Origin: Deltaproteobacteria bacterium TL4
Lineage (GTDB): Bacteria > SAR324 > NAC60-12
Reading direction: 5' to 3'
NCBI GenBank assembly: GCA_051382335.1
Contig: JBBCAX010000025.1
Coordinates: forward strand, 1 to 64,000
DNA: 64,000 nucleotides
Shown here: positions 37,464 through 49,384 of the stretch, in pieces
Position numbering within the stretch: the stretch's first letter is position 1
Layout of the letters: each line of letters starts with the position of its first letter
Program-made: the position numbers and the translations under genes
Notes under the pieces: model-generated
Database searches by the model: none
What the model saw: only the letters and a program-made list of their open reading frames with translations
What the model was told of the DNA's origin: nothing

Positions 37464-37829
37464 CTAAAACTTTAATCCTGCTCCACGTGCCGCATCCGCC
37501 AATGATTGCACACGGCCATGGTATAAAAAACCACCTCGATCAAAAACGACTTCTGAAACCGATTTTTCCAATAATCGCTCTGCGATTACTTTTCCAATCA
37601 AAGAGGCGGCTTCTTTATTTCCGGTATATCCACTAACTTGAGATTTGAGCTCGACCGTCGACGCCGAAGCTAGTGTACATCCCTGCTCATCATCAATTGC
37701 TTGCGCATAGATATGCGTCGCAGACCTAAACACCGACAACCGCGGACGTTGTGCTGTCCCTGTTATTTTATTACGAACTCTCTGATGACGCTTCTTCCTT
37801 GACAAATAACGTTTAGACGTATTTCCCAT
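37464..37829 (-). CDS. rplR: 50S ribosomal protein L18
   Basis: [21 protein letters not shown]. Confidence 0.96.
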   Translation of the reverse strand: MGNTSKRYLSRKKRHQRVRNKITGTAQRPRLSVFRSATHIYAQAIDDEQGCTLASASTVELKSQVSGYTGNKEAASLIGKVIAERLLEKSVSEVVFDRGGFLYHGRVQSLADAARGAGLKF

Positions 37830-37850
37830 ACTTTTCCTAAACTCAATCAA

Positions 37851-38393
37851 TTACTTTTTACCCGATTTACCAACTTTTCTTCGGAGTTTTTCTCCACTAA
37901 AAAGAACACCTTTACCTTTATAAGGCTCAGGCGGACGAAAGTGACGAATTTCAGCGGCCGTTTGCCCTAAAAGTTGCTTATCACAACTTTCGAGATAAAT
38001 TTGGGTGTTGGCCGTCACTGTAGCACTAACGCCTTCGGGTAACTTGAATATAATGGGATGAGAAAATCCCAGGTTTAATTCCAATTCACTACCTTTAACA
38101 GAAGCCCGATATCCAACACCGACGAGGTTTAATTGCTTCTTAAAACCATCAGTGACCCCAATTATCATATTGGTAATCGTTGCTTGAGTTGTCCCCATCA
38201 GTGTTTTCGCCTCAGTATTATTTTCATAATCAGCTAACACCTTAAGGATCTTATCCTGAATTTCCAGTTCCACAGTTCCTGAAACCGAAAAGGCCAGCGT
38301 TCCTCTAGGTCCCTTGACTTCAAGCTCTCGGTTTTCATAAGAAAGTTTAACCTTTTCAGGAATGGTAATTGGACGCCTTCCTACTCTAGACAT
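37851..38393 (-). CDS. rplF: 50S ribosomal protein L6
   Basis: MSRVGRRPI, GVGYRA, RPPEPYKGKG. Confidence 0.97.
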   Translation of the reverse strand: MSRVGRRPITIPEKVKLSYENRELEVKGPRGTLAFSVSGTVELEIQDKILKVLADYENNTEAKTLMGTTQATITNMIIGVTDGFKKQLNLVGVGYRASVKGSELELNLGFSHPIIFKLPEGVSATVTANTQIYLESCDKQLLGQTAAEIRHFRPPEPYKGKGVLFSGEKLRRKVGKSGKK

Positions 38394-38465
38394 GTATCAA
38401 ATCTCCACTCAAAAACTTTTGAATCTTGGAATTATGAGTCAGAATCCATAAAGAAGGGATGAGTT

Positions 38466-38864
38466 CTACCAAACCTGACATAGTAATTCACCACCTACTT
38501 TTTGTCGTCTGCACTGCTTATCAGACAACACACCGCTCGACGTCGTAACAATCCCAATTCCCTGACCATTCAATACAGGTTTGATATCACGGGAACTCTT
38601 ATATACCCGCAATCCAGGACGACTAACACGTTTAATCGAACGAATAACACTGTCACCCGTATGATCATATTTCAGCCTCACTGTCAAAGAAGGAAAATTT
38701 CCATCCTGTATGAGCTCCCAGCCTTCAATAAACCCTTCATTTTGCAAAACTTCCACAATACCTTCTTTTAATTTAGAATGAGGTATTATCACCGTCGAAC
38801 CTTGTCTCATGTAGGCATTACGAATCCGTGTACACAGATCCGCAATCGGATCAGACATTGACAT
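38466..38864 (-). CDS. rpsH: 30S ribosomal protein S8
   Basis: DPIADLCTRIRNA, SRPGLRVY, GGELLCQVW. Confidence 0.97.
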   Translation of the reverse strand: MSMSDPIADLCTRIRNAYMRQGSTVIIPHSKLKEGIVEVLQNEGFIEGWELIQDGNFPSLTVRLKYDHTGDSVIRSIKRVSRPGLRVYKSSRDIKPVLNGQGIGIVTTSSGVLSDKQCRRQKVGGELLCQVW

Positions 38865-38896
38865 AGAATGACTCCTTTTATTAAAACTCTTTTAAT

Positions 38897-39082
38897 TTAC
38901 CAACTCGATTTTGTTACCCCGGGGAGCAATCCATATCCGGATTTAAGTCGGAAACAAATCCGGCACATACCAAATTTTCTTAAATAGCCTCTCGGACGCC
39001 CGCAATATTCACAACGATTGTATTCACGGACCTTGAATTTACTTTTACGAGCTGCTTTTGCAATTAAAGACTTCTTCGCCAT
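38897..39082 (-). CDS. rpsN: 30S ribosomal protein S14 (short Zn-binding type)
   Basis: RCEYCGRPR...[14 protein letters not shown]. Confidence 0.96.
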   Translation of the reverse strand: MAKKSLIAKAARKSKFKVREYNRCEYCGRPRGYLRKFGMCRICFRLKSGYGLLPGVTKSSW

Positions 39083-39092
39083 ATGTCCTTTA

Positions 39093-39641
39093 CTATTTTC
39101 GGAATGGAAATCCCAATGCTTTCAATAATTCAAATGCTTCATCATTCGATGAAGTAGTCGTAACAATGGAAATGTTTAACCCACGAACATTATCAATTTG
39201 ATCAAAATCAATTTCAGGAAAAACCAATTGTTCCTTGATTCCCAAGGTATAATTTCCACCACCATCGAAGGCTTTGGGTGAAATTCCACGAAAGTCACGA
39301 ATACGTGGCAAAGAAAGATTAATGAGACGTTCCAAAAACTCCCACATTCTCGCCTGTCTCAGAGAAACCATACAGCCTATACGCATGCCTTCCCGCAGCT
39401 TAAAACTCGCAATAGACTTCTTCGCCCGAGTGATCACTGCTTTTTGACCAGCAATCCGACATAGTTGCTCTGCGGCTGCATCGACAACCTTAGGATTTTG
39501 CACAGCCTCTCCTAATCCCATACTCAAAACAACTTTCTGAATATTAGGAACTTGATGGATATTCACATACTTTTGACTCTCCATCAAAGACGGTACAATT
39601 TCCTCTTTATATGTTGTATATAATTTTGATGGTGTTGACAT
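39093..39641 (-). CDS. rplE: 50S ribosomal protein L5
   Basis: [29 protein letters not shown]. Confidence 0.97.
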   Translation of the reverse strand: MSTPSKLYTTYKEEIVPSLMESQKYVNIHQVPNIQKVVLSMGLGEAVQNPKVVDAAAEQLCRIAGQKAVITRAKKSIASFKLREGMRIGCMVSLRQARMWEFLERLINLSLPRIRDFRGISPKAFDGGGNYTLGIKEQLVFPEIDFDQIDNVRGLNISIVTTTSSNDEAFELLKALGFPFRK

Positions 39642-39643
39642 GA

Positions 39644-39997
39644 TTACTCGATAATGTTAGAAGTTTTCACACAAATACGCTTTTTAATACCGCCTTCTTG
39701 ACGATCTATTCGTATGCGGACTCCTCGTTTAAGTTCTGAGTTATAGAGCAATACATTCGAATAATGGACCGGAGCTTCATTATCAAAAATCCCACCCTGC
39801 TGATTTTGTGCATTGGGTTTGACATGCCGTTTGACAACATTCACTCCCTTCACTAGAACACGCTCACGCTTCCAGTCAACATCCAGAACTTCACCGACGG
39901 TTCCCCGATCTTTACCTGAAATCACTTGAACTGTATCTCCAATCCGAATCTGAGGATTTTTTTTCTTATTTCGTTTTTTGGTGCGTACTTTTGTCAT
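39644..39997 (-). CDS. rplX: 50S ribosomal protein L24
   Basis: [31 protein letters not shown]. Confidence 0.96.
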   Translation of the reverse strand: MTKVRTKKRNKKKNPQIRIGDTVQVISGKDRGTVGEVLDVDWKRERVLVKGVNVVKRHVKPNAQNQQGGIFDNEAPVHYSNVLLYNSELKRGVRIRIDRQEGGIKKRICVKTSNIIE

Positions 39998-40024
39998 CTT
40001 AGTATTTTGCTGTAAACAGGTTGA

Positions 40025-40393
40025 TTAAAGAACTTCGGGAGCAAGAGACAGAATCTTCATAAATTTCCGCGCCCTCAACTCTCTTGCGACAGGACCAAAT
40101 ATACGAGTCCCTACAGGCTCTCGTTTGTTGTCAACAAGGACCGCAGCATCTTTATCAAACCGGATATACGTGCCATCACCTCGGCGAATTTCCTTTTTGG
40201 TCCTTACAATTACTGCTTTAACGACATCTCCAGACTTCACCCGGGAACCGGGAGCTGATGCTTTTACTGAAGCCACTATTATGTCGCCTATGCTAGCGTA
40301 ACGGCGTTTAGACCCACCCAGTACTTTAATACACATTAATTTCTTCGCCCCTGAGTTATCTGCGACTTCAAGGGTTGTCTGCATTTGTATCAT
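40025..40393 (-). CDS. rplN: 50S ribosomal protein L14
   Basis: [27 protein letters not shown]. Confidence 0.98.
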   Translation of the reverse strand: MIQMQTTLEVADNSGAKKLMCIKVLGGSKRRYASIGDIIVASVKASAPGSRVKSGDVVKAVIVRTKKEIRRGDGTYIRFDKDAAVLVDNKREPVGTRIFGPVARELRARKFMKILSLAPEVL

Positions 40394-40423
40394 GGTCTTC
40401 TCCGCTAATCATCAGACTATGGC

Positions 40424-40675
40424 CTAAGAGGCTTCCACAACTTCCAATAAGCGCCAGCGTTTTTTACGACTGATCGGCTTACATTCAATTATCCTAACCA
40501 CATCCCCCACTTTACAGGTATTATCCTCATCATGGGCTACATATTTTTTGGATCGCGTAATGGTACGTTTATAAAGCGGATGCTCCACACGAGTTTCCAC
40601 TTTGACCACCACTGATTTTTCCATGCGATCGCTTACAACGATTCCAGATCTTACTTTTTTATTTTTCCGATTCAT
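40424..40675 (-). CDS. rpsQ: 30S ribosomal protein S17
   Basis: GIVVSDRMEKS, HPLY, ECKPISRKKRW. Confidence 0.96.
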   Translation of the reverse strand: MNRKNKKVRSGIVVSDRMEKSVVVKVETRVEHPLYKRTITRSKKYVAHDEDNTCKVGDVVRIIECKPISRKKRWRLLEVVEAS

Positions 40676-40718
40676 GGAGTCTCAAACACTGAGGTTGTCG
40701 GCAAAATATTCACGAAAT

Positions 40719-40922
40719 TCATGCGCTTTGCTGCTGCCGATTTTTTTCGTTAATAATGGTTTTAACACGGGCAATATCACGTCGCCCCTCTGTTATCAGA
40801 CTTGTATTATCCAGCTGTTGAATCACTTTATTACAGCGTCTTCGAAGCTGCTCTTCTTCTAACTCATCCAGCTTAACTTCCAATTCCTCAACAGGCATCT
40901 GCCGTAATTCATTGGCTTTCAT
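40719..40922 (-). CDS. rpmC: 50S ribosomal protein L29
   Basis: [17 protein letters not shown]; overlaps the rplP stop. Confidence 0.93.
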   Translation of the reverse strand: MKANELRQMPVEELEVKLDELEEEQLRRRCNKVIQQLDNTSLITEGRRDIARVKTIINEKNRQQQSA

Positions 40923-41335
40923 AAAACCCTCTCTCTTTTAACGATTTGGGTTTTGATTGGGAGCTTATCTCCAGCTAAGCGCAAAGCTTCTTCTGCGACA
41001 GCCAAATCAACTCCATCAATCTCATACAACACACGCCCTGGAAGAACGACGGCAACCCAATGATCCACGGATCCTTTACCTTTACCCATTCTCGTTTCTG
41101 CAGGACGTTTCGTGATAGGCTTATCAGGAAACACTCTAATCCAGAGTTTTCCTCCACGTTTAACCGTACGCGTGATCACACGCCGAGCCGCCTCAATCTG
41201 ACGCGAGCTGAGATATCCACGATCAGTGGATTGCAATCCTATGCTTCCAAAGCTAATCTTACTGCCCTGCTCACTACTTCCACACATTCGGCCGCGTTGC
41301 TGTTTCCGAAATTTTGTTTTTTTAGGCATCAACAT
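40919..41335 (-). CDS. rplP: 50S ribosomal protein L16
   Basis: [22 protein letters not shown]. Confidence 0.97.
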   Translation of the reverse strand: MLMPKKTKFRKQQRGRMCGSSEQGSKISFGSIGLQSTDRGYLSSRQIEAARRVITRTVKRGGKLWIRVFPDKPITKRPAETRMGKGKGSVDHWVAVVLPGRVLYEIDGVDLAVAEEALRLAGDKLPIKTQIVKRERVL

Positions 41336-41338
41336 GGC

Positions 41339-42001
41339 TTACTTCTCCTTTTTCTTGGGCCGTTGCTTATTACGAGCTTCAAAACTTTCACCTCTGCAAA
41401 CCCAAACTTTAACACCAATGAGGCCATAGGTCGTCAGAGCTTCTGTAACCCCGTAATCAATATCCGCCCTTAAAGTATGCAAGCGAACCCGTCCCTCACG
41501 TATCCACTCCGTACGAGCCATCTCAGCTCCATTCAGTCTTCCGGCAACCATTATCTTGCAGCCTTCAACGTTCATTCGCATCGCTGAAGTCATGCTCCGT
41601 TTAATCGCACGCCTGAAAGCGATACGACGTTCCAATTGACTTGCAATATTTTCAGCAATCAACTGTGCATCTACTTCCGGACGTTTAATTTCCTTGATGT
41701 TAACGACAATTTCTTGAGTCGTCAGCTTGGCAACAGACTTTTTCAACTTTTCCACCTCGTCACCCTTACGCCCAATAATAATCCCCGGACGTGCAGAGAA
41801 GATGTTGATTTTGATTTTGCGTGTTGTTCGCTCAATCTCAATTTTTGAAATAGCCGCGTGCTTCAGACGTTTCTTGATAAATTGCTGAATGTCAAGATCC
41901 TCTTTGAGCTGAGTTGCGTAATCTTTCTCTGTGAACCACTTTGAATTCCAAGTCCGTGTTATTCCCAGCCGAAAACCGACGGGATTCACCTTTTGTCCCA
42001 C
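41339..42001 (-). CDS. rpsC: 30S ribosomal protein S3
   Basis: [32 protein letters not shown]. Confidence 0.97.
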   Translation of the reverse strand: MGQKVNPVGFRLGITRTWNSKWFTEKDYATQLKEDLDIQQFIKKRLKHAAISKIEIERTTRKIKINIFSARPGIIIGRKGDEVEKLKKSVAKLTTQEIVVNIKEIKRPEVDAQLIAENIASQLERRIAFRRAIKRSMTSAMRMNVEGCKIMVAGRLNGAEMARTEWIREGRVRLHTLRADIDYGVTEALTTYGLIGVKVWVCRGESFEARNKQRPKKKEK

Positions 42002-42047
42002 AAAAACCTCTGTTTTAAAGTTAGCAAATCAGGTTGAAATGCCAGGA

Positions 42048-42380
42048 TTAACTCTCTCCTACCACCACAGTAATATGACTGGTACGTTTGTTAATCCGAG
42101 CACCACGTCCCATAGCCCTCGCACGAAACCGCTTCAAGATTGTGCCTTGATTTGCATAAGCCTCACGGATCACTAGTGAATCAACATCCACCCCATACAA
42201 ATCATCCGCATTTGCGACAGCAGATTTCAAAAGTTCTCTAATCACGGGAACCGCACTACGGTGAGTATTGTCTAAATACCCCAACGCTGTCGATACTTCC
42301 TGATTGCGAATTAAATCTAGAACCAACCGTACTTTTCTAGGAGAAATACGTACATTCTTAATTGTAGCCCTTGCTTCCAT
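42048..42380 (-). CDS. rplV: 50S ribosomal protein L22
   Basis: RISPRKVRLV, KSAVANA, KRTSHITV. Confidence 0.97.
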   Translation of the reverse strand: MEARATIKNVRISPRKVRLVLDLIRNQEVSTALGYLDNTHRSAVPVIRELLKSAVANADDLYGVDVDSLVIREAYANQGTILKRFRARAMGRGARINKRTSHITVVVGES

Positions 42381-42391
42381 GGCCCTTTACT

Positions 42392-42673
42392 CTATTTACG
42401 TGTTCGTTTATCGGTTTTAGTCACATGTCCACGATAGGTACGCGTAGGAGCAAACTCCCCGAGTTTATATCCCACCATATCTTCGGTAACAAAAATAGGA
42501 ATGAACTTATTCCCGTTATGGACAGCGATATTAATCCCTACAAACTCTGGTAAAATAACAGACCGTCTCGACCAGGTTTTGATCAGTTTGCGGTCCTGGT
42601 TTTCTCTAGCGGCTGTAACCTTTTTGAACAAATGATCATCTACAAAGGGGCCTTTTTTTATTGACCGTGGCAC
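42392..42673 (-). CDS. rpsS: 30S ribosomal protein S19
   Basis: [23 protein letters not shown]. Confidence 0.97.
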   Translation of the reverse strand: MPRSIKKGPFVDDHLFKKVTAARENQDRKLIKTWSRRSVILPEFVGINIAVHNGNKFIPIFVTEDMVGYKLGEFAPTRTYRGHVTKTDKRTRK

Positions 42674-42685
42674 ACTGACCTCCTG

Positions 42686-43498
42686 TTATCGTGTAATGTA
42701 TTTATCGGTTGCCTTATTACTGCGTGTCTTGAACCCTTTAGTTTGAACGCCCCACGGCGAACAAGGATGCCTTCCCGCTGATGTTTTGCCTTCCCCTCCA
42801 CCATGTGGATGGTCAACAGGGTTCATCACAACACCTCGAACCGTAGGTCGGACTCCTAACCACCGTTTGCGGCCTGCCTTCCCCAGATTCAGGTTCATGT
42901 GCTCTGCGTTGCCGACCACTCCGATGGTGGCTACACACTCAAGACGTACACGCCGCATTTGACCGGAGCGCAACTTTAAGATAGCATAGCCCTCATCTTT
43001 CCCCATCAACTGAGCTGAGGTCCCCGCACTTCGAGCTAATTGAGCGCCCTTAAGCGGTTTCAACTCAATGCAGTGAACAAACGTCCCAACAGGAACATTT
43101 TTCAGAGGTAATGAATTTCCAATCTGGATATCCACCTGCTTACCTGAAATTACGCTATCGCCAACACTGATCCCTTCCGGAGCCAAGATATAACGTTTCT
43201 CACCATCAACATATTGCAACAGAGAGATCCTCGCACTTCGGTTTGGGTCATACTCAATCGTCATGACTTTGGCGGGTATATCAAACTTATCGCGTCTAAA
43301 ATCAATAATGCGATAACGTCTCTTGTGACCGCCTCCCTGATGACGAACCGTTATTCGTCCATTGTTATTACGACCCCCGTGCCTCTTTATAGGGGCAAGT
43401 AGACGTCTCTCGGGTTTTGAACTGGTTATTTCCTCAAACCCAAACCCGCTCATACCTCGGCGGCCAGGGGATGTAGGTTTATATTTTCGAATCGACAT
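42686..43498 (-). CDS. rplB: 50S ribosomal protein L2
   Basis: [30 protein letters not shown]. Confidence 0.98.
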   Translation of the reverse strand: MSIRKYKPTSPGRRGMSGFGFEEITSSKPERRLLAPIKRHGGRNNNGRITVRHQGGGHKRRYRIIDFRRDKFDIPAKVMTIEYDPNRSARISLLQYVDGEKRYILAPEGISVGDSVISGKQVDIQIGNSLPLKNVPVGTFVHCIELKPLKGAQLARSAGTSAQLMGKDEGYAILKLRSGQMRRVRLECVATIGVVGNAEHMNLNLGKAGRKRWLGVRPTVRGVVMNPVDHPHGGGEGKTSAGRHPCSPWGVQTKGFKTRSNKATDKYITR

Positions 43499-43518
43499 AG
43501 ATTCCCTTAATGTTAAGG

Positions 43519-43806
43519 TCAAGCACCTTCAAAATATTCAATGGATTGACCTTCTTTTAAAGTCACCATGGCCTTCTTCCAATCTGGCCTTTTTCCAACA
43601 TGACGACCCAGCCGTTTTTGCTTTCCACTAACATTGATGGTCCTCACTTTGTCAACAGAAACCTTAAAAGCCTTCTCAACAGCATCCTTGATCTGGACTT
43701 TATTCGCTTTCTTGTCAACAATAAATACCACTTGGTTGGCCTCATCAACCTGAATACTTGTCTTTTCTGTTAGATGAGGAACTCTTAATACATTGAATGG
43801 ACTCAT
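43519..43806 (-). CDS. rplW: 50S ribosomal protein L23
   Basis: [25 protein letters not shown]. Confidence 0.96.
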   Translation of the reverse strand: MSPFNVLRVPHLTEKTSIQVDEANQVVFIVDKKANKVQIKDAVEKAFKVSVDKVRTINVSGKQKRLGRHVGKRPDWKKAMVTLKEGQSIEYFEGA

Positions 43807-44426
43807 GACAGCAATCTCTTTTCAAGGGCCGCCAGTGCCTCTTTAGCAATAATGACTTTCTCATAACGCAGTAACTGATAAACATTTAAACTACGGTGAG
43901 TAATCACTTGCACCCCGGGTATATTACGAGATGCTAACACTAAATTTTTCGACATATCATCCACTACCACTAATGCGGCAGAACACCCCAACTGGTCCAA
44001 AGACTGTTTAAAGGTTTTGGTTTTATGACTTTCCAGTTGTAGATCATCCAATATGAGGATTTGCTGGTTGCGCATTTTTTCCGCAAATGCGGATTGTAAA
44101 GCTTTTTTACGAACTTTTTTATTGATCTTTATGGAATAATCTCGGGGATGAGGCCCAAAAACCGTCCCACCATGACGCCATAGAGGAGATCTAGTACACC
44201 CCGCCCGCGCCCTTCCAGTCCCTTTTTGCCTCCAAGGTTTGACATTACTTCCAGCAACATCGCCTCTATCCTTTGTCGCGTGAGTTCCTTGTCGTATCCC
44301 TGCTCGAAATTCTACGACCGCATCTTTGATGATGTAAGGGTGATACAGAGTCTCAGCGATCGAATCACTAAATTCCATTTCACCTGCGGACGTATTATCC
44401 AAATGCAATACTTGCAACTTGGCCAT
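43803..44426 (-). CDS. rplD: 50S ribosomal protein L4
   Basis: RQGTHATK, KPWRQKGTGRARAG, FGPHPR. AGGAGA RBS. Confidence 0.97.
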   Translation of the reverse strand: MAKLQVLHLDNTSAGEMEFSDSIAETLYHPYIIKDAVVEFRAGIRQGTHATKDRGDVAGSNVKPWRQKGTGRARAGCTRSPLWRHGGTVFGPHPRDYSIKINKKVRKKALQSAFAEKMRNQQILILDDLQLESHKTKTFKQSLDQLGCSAALVVVDDMSKNLVLASRNIPGVQVITHRSLNVYQLLRYEKVIIAKEALAALEKRLLS

Positions 44427-44461
44427 TGGTTCTCCTGTAGCCCTACTTTGCTCAAGATGAG

Positions 44462-44770
44462 CTATCCTTGTTTGATCGCAATATCAACACCGGCAGATAT
44501 ATCAAGACGCATCAAAGCATCCATCGTCTGGGGTGTCGTTTCAAGAATGTACAGCAAACGTTTATGCGTTCTCATTTCAAATTGCTCACGAGATTTTTTA
44601 TCCACATGAGGTGATCGCAAAACGGTATATTTATTGATTCGTGTCGGCAACGGAATCGGACCTACAATCTTTGCGCCTGTACGTTTGACCGTATGCACAA
44701 TTTCACTCACTGTCTGGTCCAACAACTTATCGTCGTAGGCCTTAAAACGAACCTTAATTTTTTGTTCCAT
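44462..44770 (-). CDS. rpsJ: 30S ribosomal protein S10
   Basis: [28 protein letters not shown]. Confidence 0.98.
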   Translation of the reverse strand: MEQKIKVRFKAYDDKLLDQTVSEIVHTVKRTGAKIVGPIPLPTRINKYTVLRSPHVDKKSREQFEMRTHKRLLYILETTPQTMDALMRLDISAGVDIAIKQG

Positions 44771-44791
44771 GCGTCCTTATTAAGCTTGGAA

Positions 44792-45991
44792 TCATTTAAT
44801 GATTTCAGTAACAACACCTGATCCGATGGTCCGTCCACCTTCGCGCATTGCAAAGCGAACTTCTCTTTCCATGGCAATCGGGGTGATTAACTCAACGTTC
44901 ACTTCAACGTTATCACCAGGCATTACCATTTCAACATCTTCAGGTAAAGTTACCATACCAGTAACATCCGTCGTTCTAAAATAGAACTGGGGACGATACT
45001 TAGTAAAGAAAGGAGTATGACGTCCACCTTCTTCTTTGGTCAACACATAAACCTGAGCTTTAAAGGTCGTATGAGGGGTAATCGAACCTGGTTTACATAA
45101 AACCTGTCCACGCTCAAGATCTTCCCGCTTTGTTCCTCGAAGCAAAAGCCCCACATTGTCTCCTGCACGACCCTCGTCAAGAGTTTTACGGAACATTTCA
45201 ACCCCAGTAACCGTTGTGGCCTGAGTGGGTCTTATCCCGGTAATTTCAATAGTTTCACCTACTTTTACAATCCCACGTTCAATACGCCCAGTGGCAACAG
45301 TTCCTCGGCCAGAAATCGTAAAGACATCTTCAACTGACATGAGGAAAGGTTTATCCAAGTCTCGTTGAGGCTCAGGAATAAATTCATCAACATTTTTCAT
45401 TAAATTCCAGATGCACTTATACTCTTCAGCAGTGGGATCTGTTGACTCCGACTCCATAACTTTCAATGCGGAACCAGGAATAATAGGGGTGATATCCCCT
45501 GGGAAACCGTAAGTATCCAACAACTCCCGAATTTCCATCTCAACAAGTTCCAACAATTCAGGATCATCGACCTGATCTATTTTGTTCAAGAAGACGACCA
45601 AATAGGGGACGTTCACCTGGCGAGCCAGCAAGATGTGCTCACGAGTTTGAGGCATTGGACCATCAGCTGCAGAAACCACTATAATAGCACCATCCATTTG
45701 AGCCGCACCAGTAATCATGTTTTTCACATAATCGGCGTGCCCTGGACAGTCAACGTGCGCATAGTGTCGATTTTCAGTCGAGTATTCCAGATGAGCGGTG
45801 GCGATCGTGATTCCGCGTTCACGCTCTTCCGGAGCACTATCAATAGAATCAAACGTTCGCGCTTTAGCCATTCCTTTGAGTCCCAACACTTTAGTAATCG
45901 CAGCACTCAACGTAGTTTTCCCATGATCTACGTGTCCAATGGTACCAATATTGACATGAGGTTTATTTCGTTCGAATTTTTCTTTTGACAT
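44792..45991 (-). CDS. tuf: Elongation factor Tu
   Basis: [28 protein letters not shown]. Confidence 0.99.
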   Translation of the reverse strand: MSKEKFERNKPHVNIGTIGHVDHGKTTLSAAITKVLGLKGMAKARTFDSIDSAPEERERGITIATAHLEYSTENRHYAHVDCPGHADYVKNMITGAAQMDGAIIVVSAADGPMPQTREHILLARQVNVPYLVVFLNKIDQVDDPELLELVEMEIRELLDTYGFPGDITPIIPGSALKVMESESTDPTAEEYKCIWNLMKNVDEFIPEPQRDLDKPFLMSVEDVFTISGRGTVATGRIERGIVKVGETIEITGIRPTQATTVTGVEMFRKTLDEGRAGDNVGLLLRGTKREDLERGQVLCKPGSITPHTTFKAQVYVLTKEEGGRHTPFFTKYRPQFYFRTTDVTGMVTLPEDVEMVMPGDNVEVNVELITPIAMEREVRFAMREGGRTIGSGVVTEIIK

Positions 45992-46061
45992 TTGTTTCTC
46001 CTCAAAGAGTTAGTATCCTCACCTACTTCAAAAGTAACGTCAGGCGATTGCTCACTTGTTG

Positions 46062-48146
46062 TTAAGACATTCCAGTAATGGAATTTAATACATCTTGTGA
46101 TACAGGCTCATAGTGACTAAACTGCATGGTATAAATCGCCCGTCCCTGGGTTAAGGACCGTAAGGCAGTTGAATACCCAAACATTTTTGCTAATGGGGCC
46201 TCTGCTGTTATCACCTGCATCCCCGACTGTTCTGTCATACCTCGTACCCGTCCATGACGAGCATTCAAGTCTCCAATCACGTCACCCATAAAATCCATAG
46301 GCACGATGACCTCTATTTGCATCACCGGCTCCAAAACCACCGGTTTTGCCTGGCGTATCCCCTCTTGAAGTGCTGTAACTCCAGCGACCTTGAAAGCCAT
46401 TTCCGTTGAAAGCCCTTGTTGAAAGCTTCCATCAACCAGCGTGACTTTCAAATCAATCATGGGATAACCAGCTATCACCCCACTTTCTGTGGCCTCTCGA
46501 ACCCCTTGTTCGATAGCTCCGACAAAAGGAAGGGGAAGCGTTTTTTCACCCACTTGGTTTTCAAACTTGTACCCTTCACCATGCTTTAAAGGAGTCAGCT
46601 TTAACACACAATGAGCGAACTGCTCTTTTCCTCCCAGTGGCTTATTGAAAACCCTTTCAACCAAGGATTCCGAACTGACAGTCTCTCTATAGGACACCCT
46701 TGGCTGCCCCGCACTACATACCACTTTAAATTCCCGTTTAAGCCGATCGACTATCACATCAAGGTGTAACTCTCCCATCCCCGAAAGAATGGTCTGTCCC
46801 GTTTCAGGATCGACCTTTACATGAAAGGAAGGATCTTCCTTAACCAGACGTTCCAATGATTGGTTAAGTTTGTCCTGATCCTGTTTCGTCTTAGGCTCAA
46901 CCGCAATATCAATAACCGGGTTCGGAAAACGCGTTTGTTCCAATGCTATCGGCGCGGATTTCGTACACAAGGTATGTCCCGTAGTCGTTCGAATGAATCC
47001 AATCGCTGCCCCGATATCTCCGGCACCCAGTTTCGAAACTTCCTCACGTTTATTCGCATGCATCTTCACCAAGGAAGATATACGTTCCATTTTATCAACG
47101 GCAGGGTTATAGACAGCTTTCCCTGATTCGATAATCCCGGAGTAAACGCGAATAAACGTCAACTGTCCCGCAAAAGCGTCGGTTGCAACCTTGAAGGCAA
47201 TGGCACAAAAGGCCTCCCCATCGCTGGCCTCTCGCCGAACCACCTTCCCATTATGGGGGTTCACCCCTTCGACTGGCGGAATATCCAGCGGAGAAGGTAA
47301 GTACTTCACAACGCCATCCAACAATGGCTGAATCCCTTTATTTTTAAAGGCACTTCCACAAAAGACCGGAGTAATCTGATTTATCAGTGTACCTGTTCTA
47401 ATCGCTTTCTCAATCTCTTCCGGAGAAACACTCTCGTTATCAAGAACCGTCTCCATCAAGACGTCATCAAACTCAGAGGCAGCATCAAGGAGCTTCTCAT
47501 GATATTCAGACGCCTGTAAAATGTAGGCTTCAGGAATTTCATCTTCCCTAAGGATCCCGCCCAACGACTCTTCGTCAAAGTAGATGGCTTTCATCCGAAG
47601 CAAATCAATAACCCCTTCAAAACCACTTTCAGATCCCAAGGGGAGTTGAAGGGCAACAGGTTTGGTTCTTAGCCTTTCCTTCATCATCTTGAGGACATTA
47701 AAGTAATCAGCCCCGACACGATCCATTTTGTTAACAAAAGCGATTCGTGGCACCTTATACTTTTCCGCCTGCCACCAAACAGTCTCCGACTGCGGCTGAA
47801 CACCTGCGACACCGCAAAACACTGCGATTGCACCATCCAAAACTCTTAACGATCGTTCTACCTCAACTGTAAAATCAACATGCCCGGGAGTGTCAATAAT
47901 ATTAAAACTGTACTCCTGGTTATTTACGTTCCATGAACATGTTGTCGCTGCTGAAGTAATGGTGATACCGCGTTCCTGCTCCTGCTCCATCCAGTCCATG
48001 GTTGCAGCACCATCGTGAACTTCACCGATTTTATGGATCCGACCAGAGTAATAAAGAATACGTTCCGTCGTCGTTGTCTTCCCAGCATCGATATGCGCCA
48101 TGATACCGACATTTCGCCTTTGCTCCAGCCGGGTTCCTTTTTCCAC
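46062..48146 (-). CDS. fusA: Elongation factor G family GTPase (divergent domain IV)
   Basis: [30 protein letters not shown]; str operon position. Confidence 0.93.
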   Translation of the reverse strand: MEKGTRLEQRRNVGIMAHIDAGKTTTTERILYYSGRIHKIGEVHDGAATMDWMEQEQERGITITSAATTCSWNVNNQEYSFNIIDTPGHVDFTVEVERSLRVLDGAIAVFCGVAGVQPQSETVWWQAEKYKVPRIAFVNKMDRVGADYFNVLKMMKERLRTKPVALQLPLGSESGFEGVIDLLRMKAIYFDEESLGGILREDEIPEAYILQASEYHEKLLDAASEFDDVLMETVLDNESVSPEEIEKAIRTGTLINQITPVFCGSAFKNKGIQPLLDGVVKYLPSPLDIPPVEGVNPHNGKVVRREASDGEAFCAIAFKVATDAFAGQLTFIRVYSGIIESGKAVYNPAVDKMERISSLVKMHANKREEVSKLGAGDIGAAIGFIRTTTGHTLCTKSAPIALEQTRFPNPVIDIAVEPKTKQDQDKLNQSLERLVKEDPSFHVKVDPETGQTILSGMGELHLDVIVDRLKREFKVVCSAGQPRVSYRETVSSESLVERVFNKPLGGKEQFAHCVLKLTPLKHGEGYKFENQVGEKTLPLPFVGAIEQGVREATESGVIAGYPMIDLKVTLVDGSFQQGLSTEMAFKVAGVTALQEGIRQAKPVVLEPVMQIEVIVPMDFMGDVIGDLNARHGRVRGMTEQSGMQVITAEAPLAKMFGYSTALRSLTQGRAIYTMQFSHYEPVSQDVLNSITGMS

Positions 48147-48167
48147 AACCTCACCTCGTATGTGGTT

Positions 48168-48641
48168 TTACCAACGATAGTGGGCAAACGCCTTATTAGC
48201 TTCGGCCATTTTATGAGTATCCTCACGTTTCTTTACTGAAGAACCCCGTCCATGGTAAGCTTCTAACAACTCATCTGCCAATTTATTGACCATGGATTTG
48301 CCATTTCTAGCATTTGCATAGTTAATCAACCAACGAATCGCCAAAGACTGACTCCGTGCAGAACGAACTTCTACAGGCACCTGATAGGTTGACCCTCCAA
48401 CTCTTCGTGACTTAACCTCCACCGCAGGTCTAACCTTATTAACGGCTTGCCTAAAAACCTCCAGCGGATTGCTTTCAGGCTCACGCTGCCCGAGCAAATC
48501 CATAGCGCCATACAATATCTTTTCTGACACACCCTTCTTACCGCTTTCCATTAAGCAGTTTACGAACTTACTTACTAATAGGTCTTTATATTTTGGATCC
48601 ACCAAAGGATCTCTTCTGGAAGCTGCCCGTCTTCTTGCCAT
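48168..48641 (-). CDS. rpsG: 30S ribosomal protein S7
   Basis: RRVGGSTYQVP, MAEANKAFAHYRW. Confidence 0.98.
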   Translation of the reverse strand: MARRRAASRRDPLVDPKYKDLLVSKFVNCLMESGKKGVSEKILYGAMDLLGQREPESNPLEVFRQAVNKVRPAVEVKSRRVGGSTYQVPVEVRSARSQSLAIRWLINYANARNGKSMVNKLADELLEAYHGRGSSVKKREDTHKMAEANKAFAHYRW

Positions 48642-48662
48642 AATTAACTATCTATATTTATG

Positions 48663-49031
48663 TTAAGAGTTCTTCGCACCGTACTTCGAACGCGCCTTTT
48701 TACGATTTTTTACACCCACGGTATCGAGAGCACCGCGAACCACTTTGTACCGAACACCCGGCAAATCTTTTACGCGTCCACCGCGAAGTAAAACGACGGA
48801 GTGTTCCTGTAAATTGTGACCAACTCCTGGGATATAACTTGTAACCTCAATACCATTACTCAAACGAACCCTCGCTACTTTACGTAACGCTGAATTTGGT
48901 TTTTTAGGTGTGGATGTATAAACTCTAACACACACGCCTCGCTTCTGAGGACAACCTCCCAATGCTGGTGTTTTATTCTTTGTTATTTTCTGTTGACGCC
49001 CTTTACGCACCAATTGACTTAGAGTCGGCAT
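48663..49031 (-). CDS. rpsL: 30S ribosomal protein S12
   Basis: [22 protein letters not shown]. Confidence 0.98.
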   Translation of the reverse strand: MPTLSQLVRKGRQQKITKNKTPALGGCPQKRGVCVRVYTSTPKKPNSALRKVARVRLSNGIEVTSYIPGVGHNLQEHSVVLLRGGRVKDLPGVRYKVVRGALDTVGVKNRKKARSKYGAKNS

Positions 49032-49219
49032 AGTTATACCTTCTATTACCTGAAAAACTTTGAATGTGAATTTTCTAATCAATGAAATTTTTCTACGCTT
49101 TCCTATTCTTATTGTTTCTCGGGTCGAGAATCTTAAGACGGGGTTGTATGAACAGGAGTGAATTCAACCGAAAGCGCAATAGTTTATGGTGTGACTATCT
49201 TCATTTGATGAAGACAGAG

Positions 49220-49247
49220 GTTATACCAAATCTATTTCATAACTCAA
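49220..49247 (-). promoter_or_regulatory. Candidate sigma70 promoter of the str superoperon
   Basis: Minus strand TTGAGT-16 nt-TATAAC with extended TG and an AT-rich upstream tract. Confidence 0.45.
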
Positions 49248-49384
49248 CATAAAAATTCATTTTTTTTACTTTTTTAATTTTCACCATTTTTGAGAAATTC
49301 GATCTATTCATCTCAAAAATTATCCCTTAAAATGGGAACCGTGATGAATAGACTCATTTAGCTCAAGTGTCCAGTAAAAAATGA

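Noticed and set aside
36252..48239. Numerous plus-strand ORFs antisense to ribosomal protein and elongation factor genes
   Set aside because: Shadow ORFs of conserved minus-strand genes, with no independent motifs.
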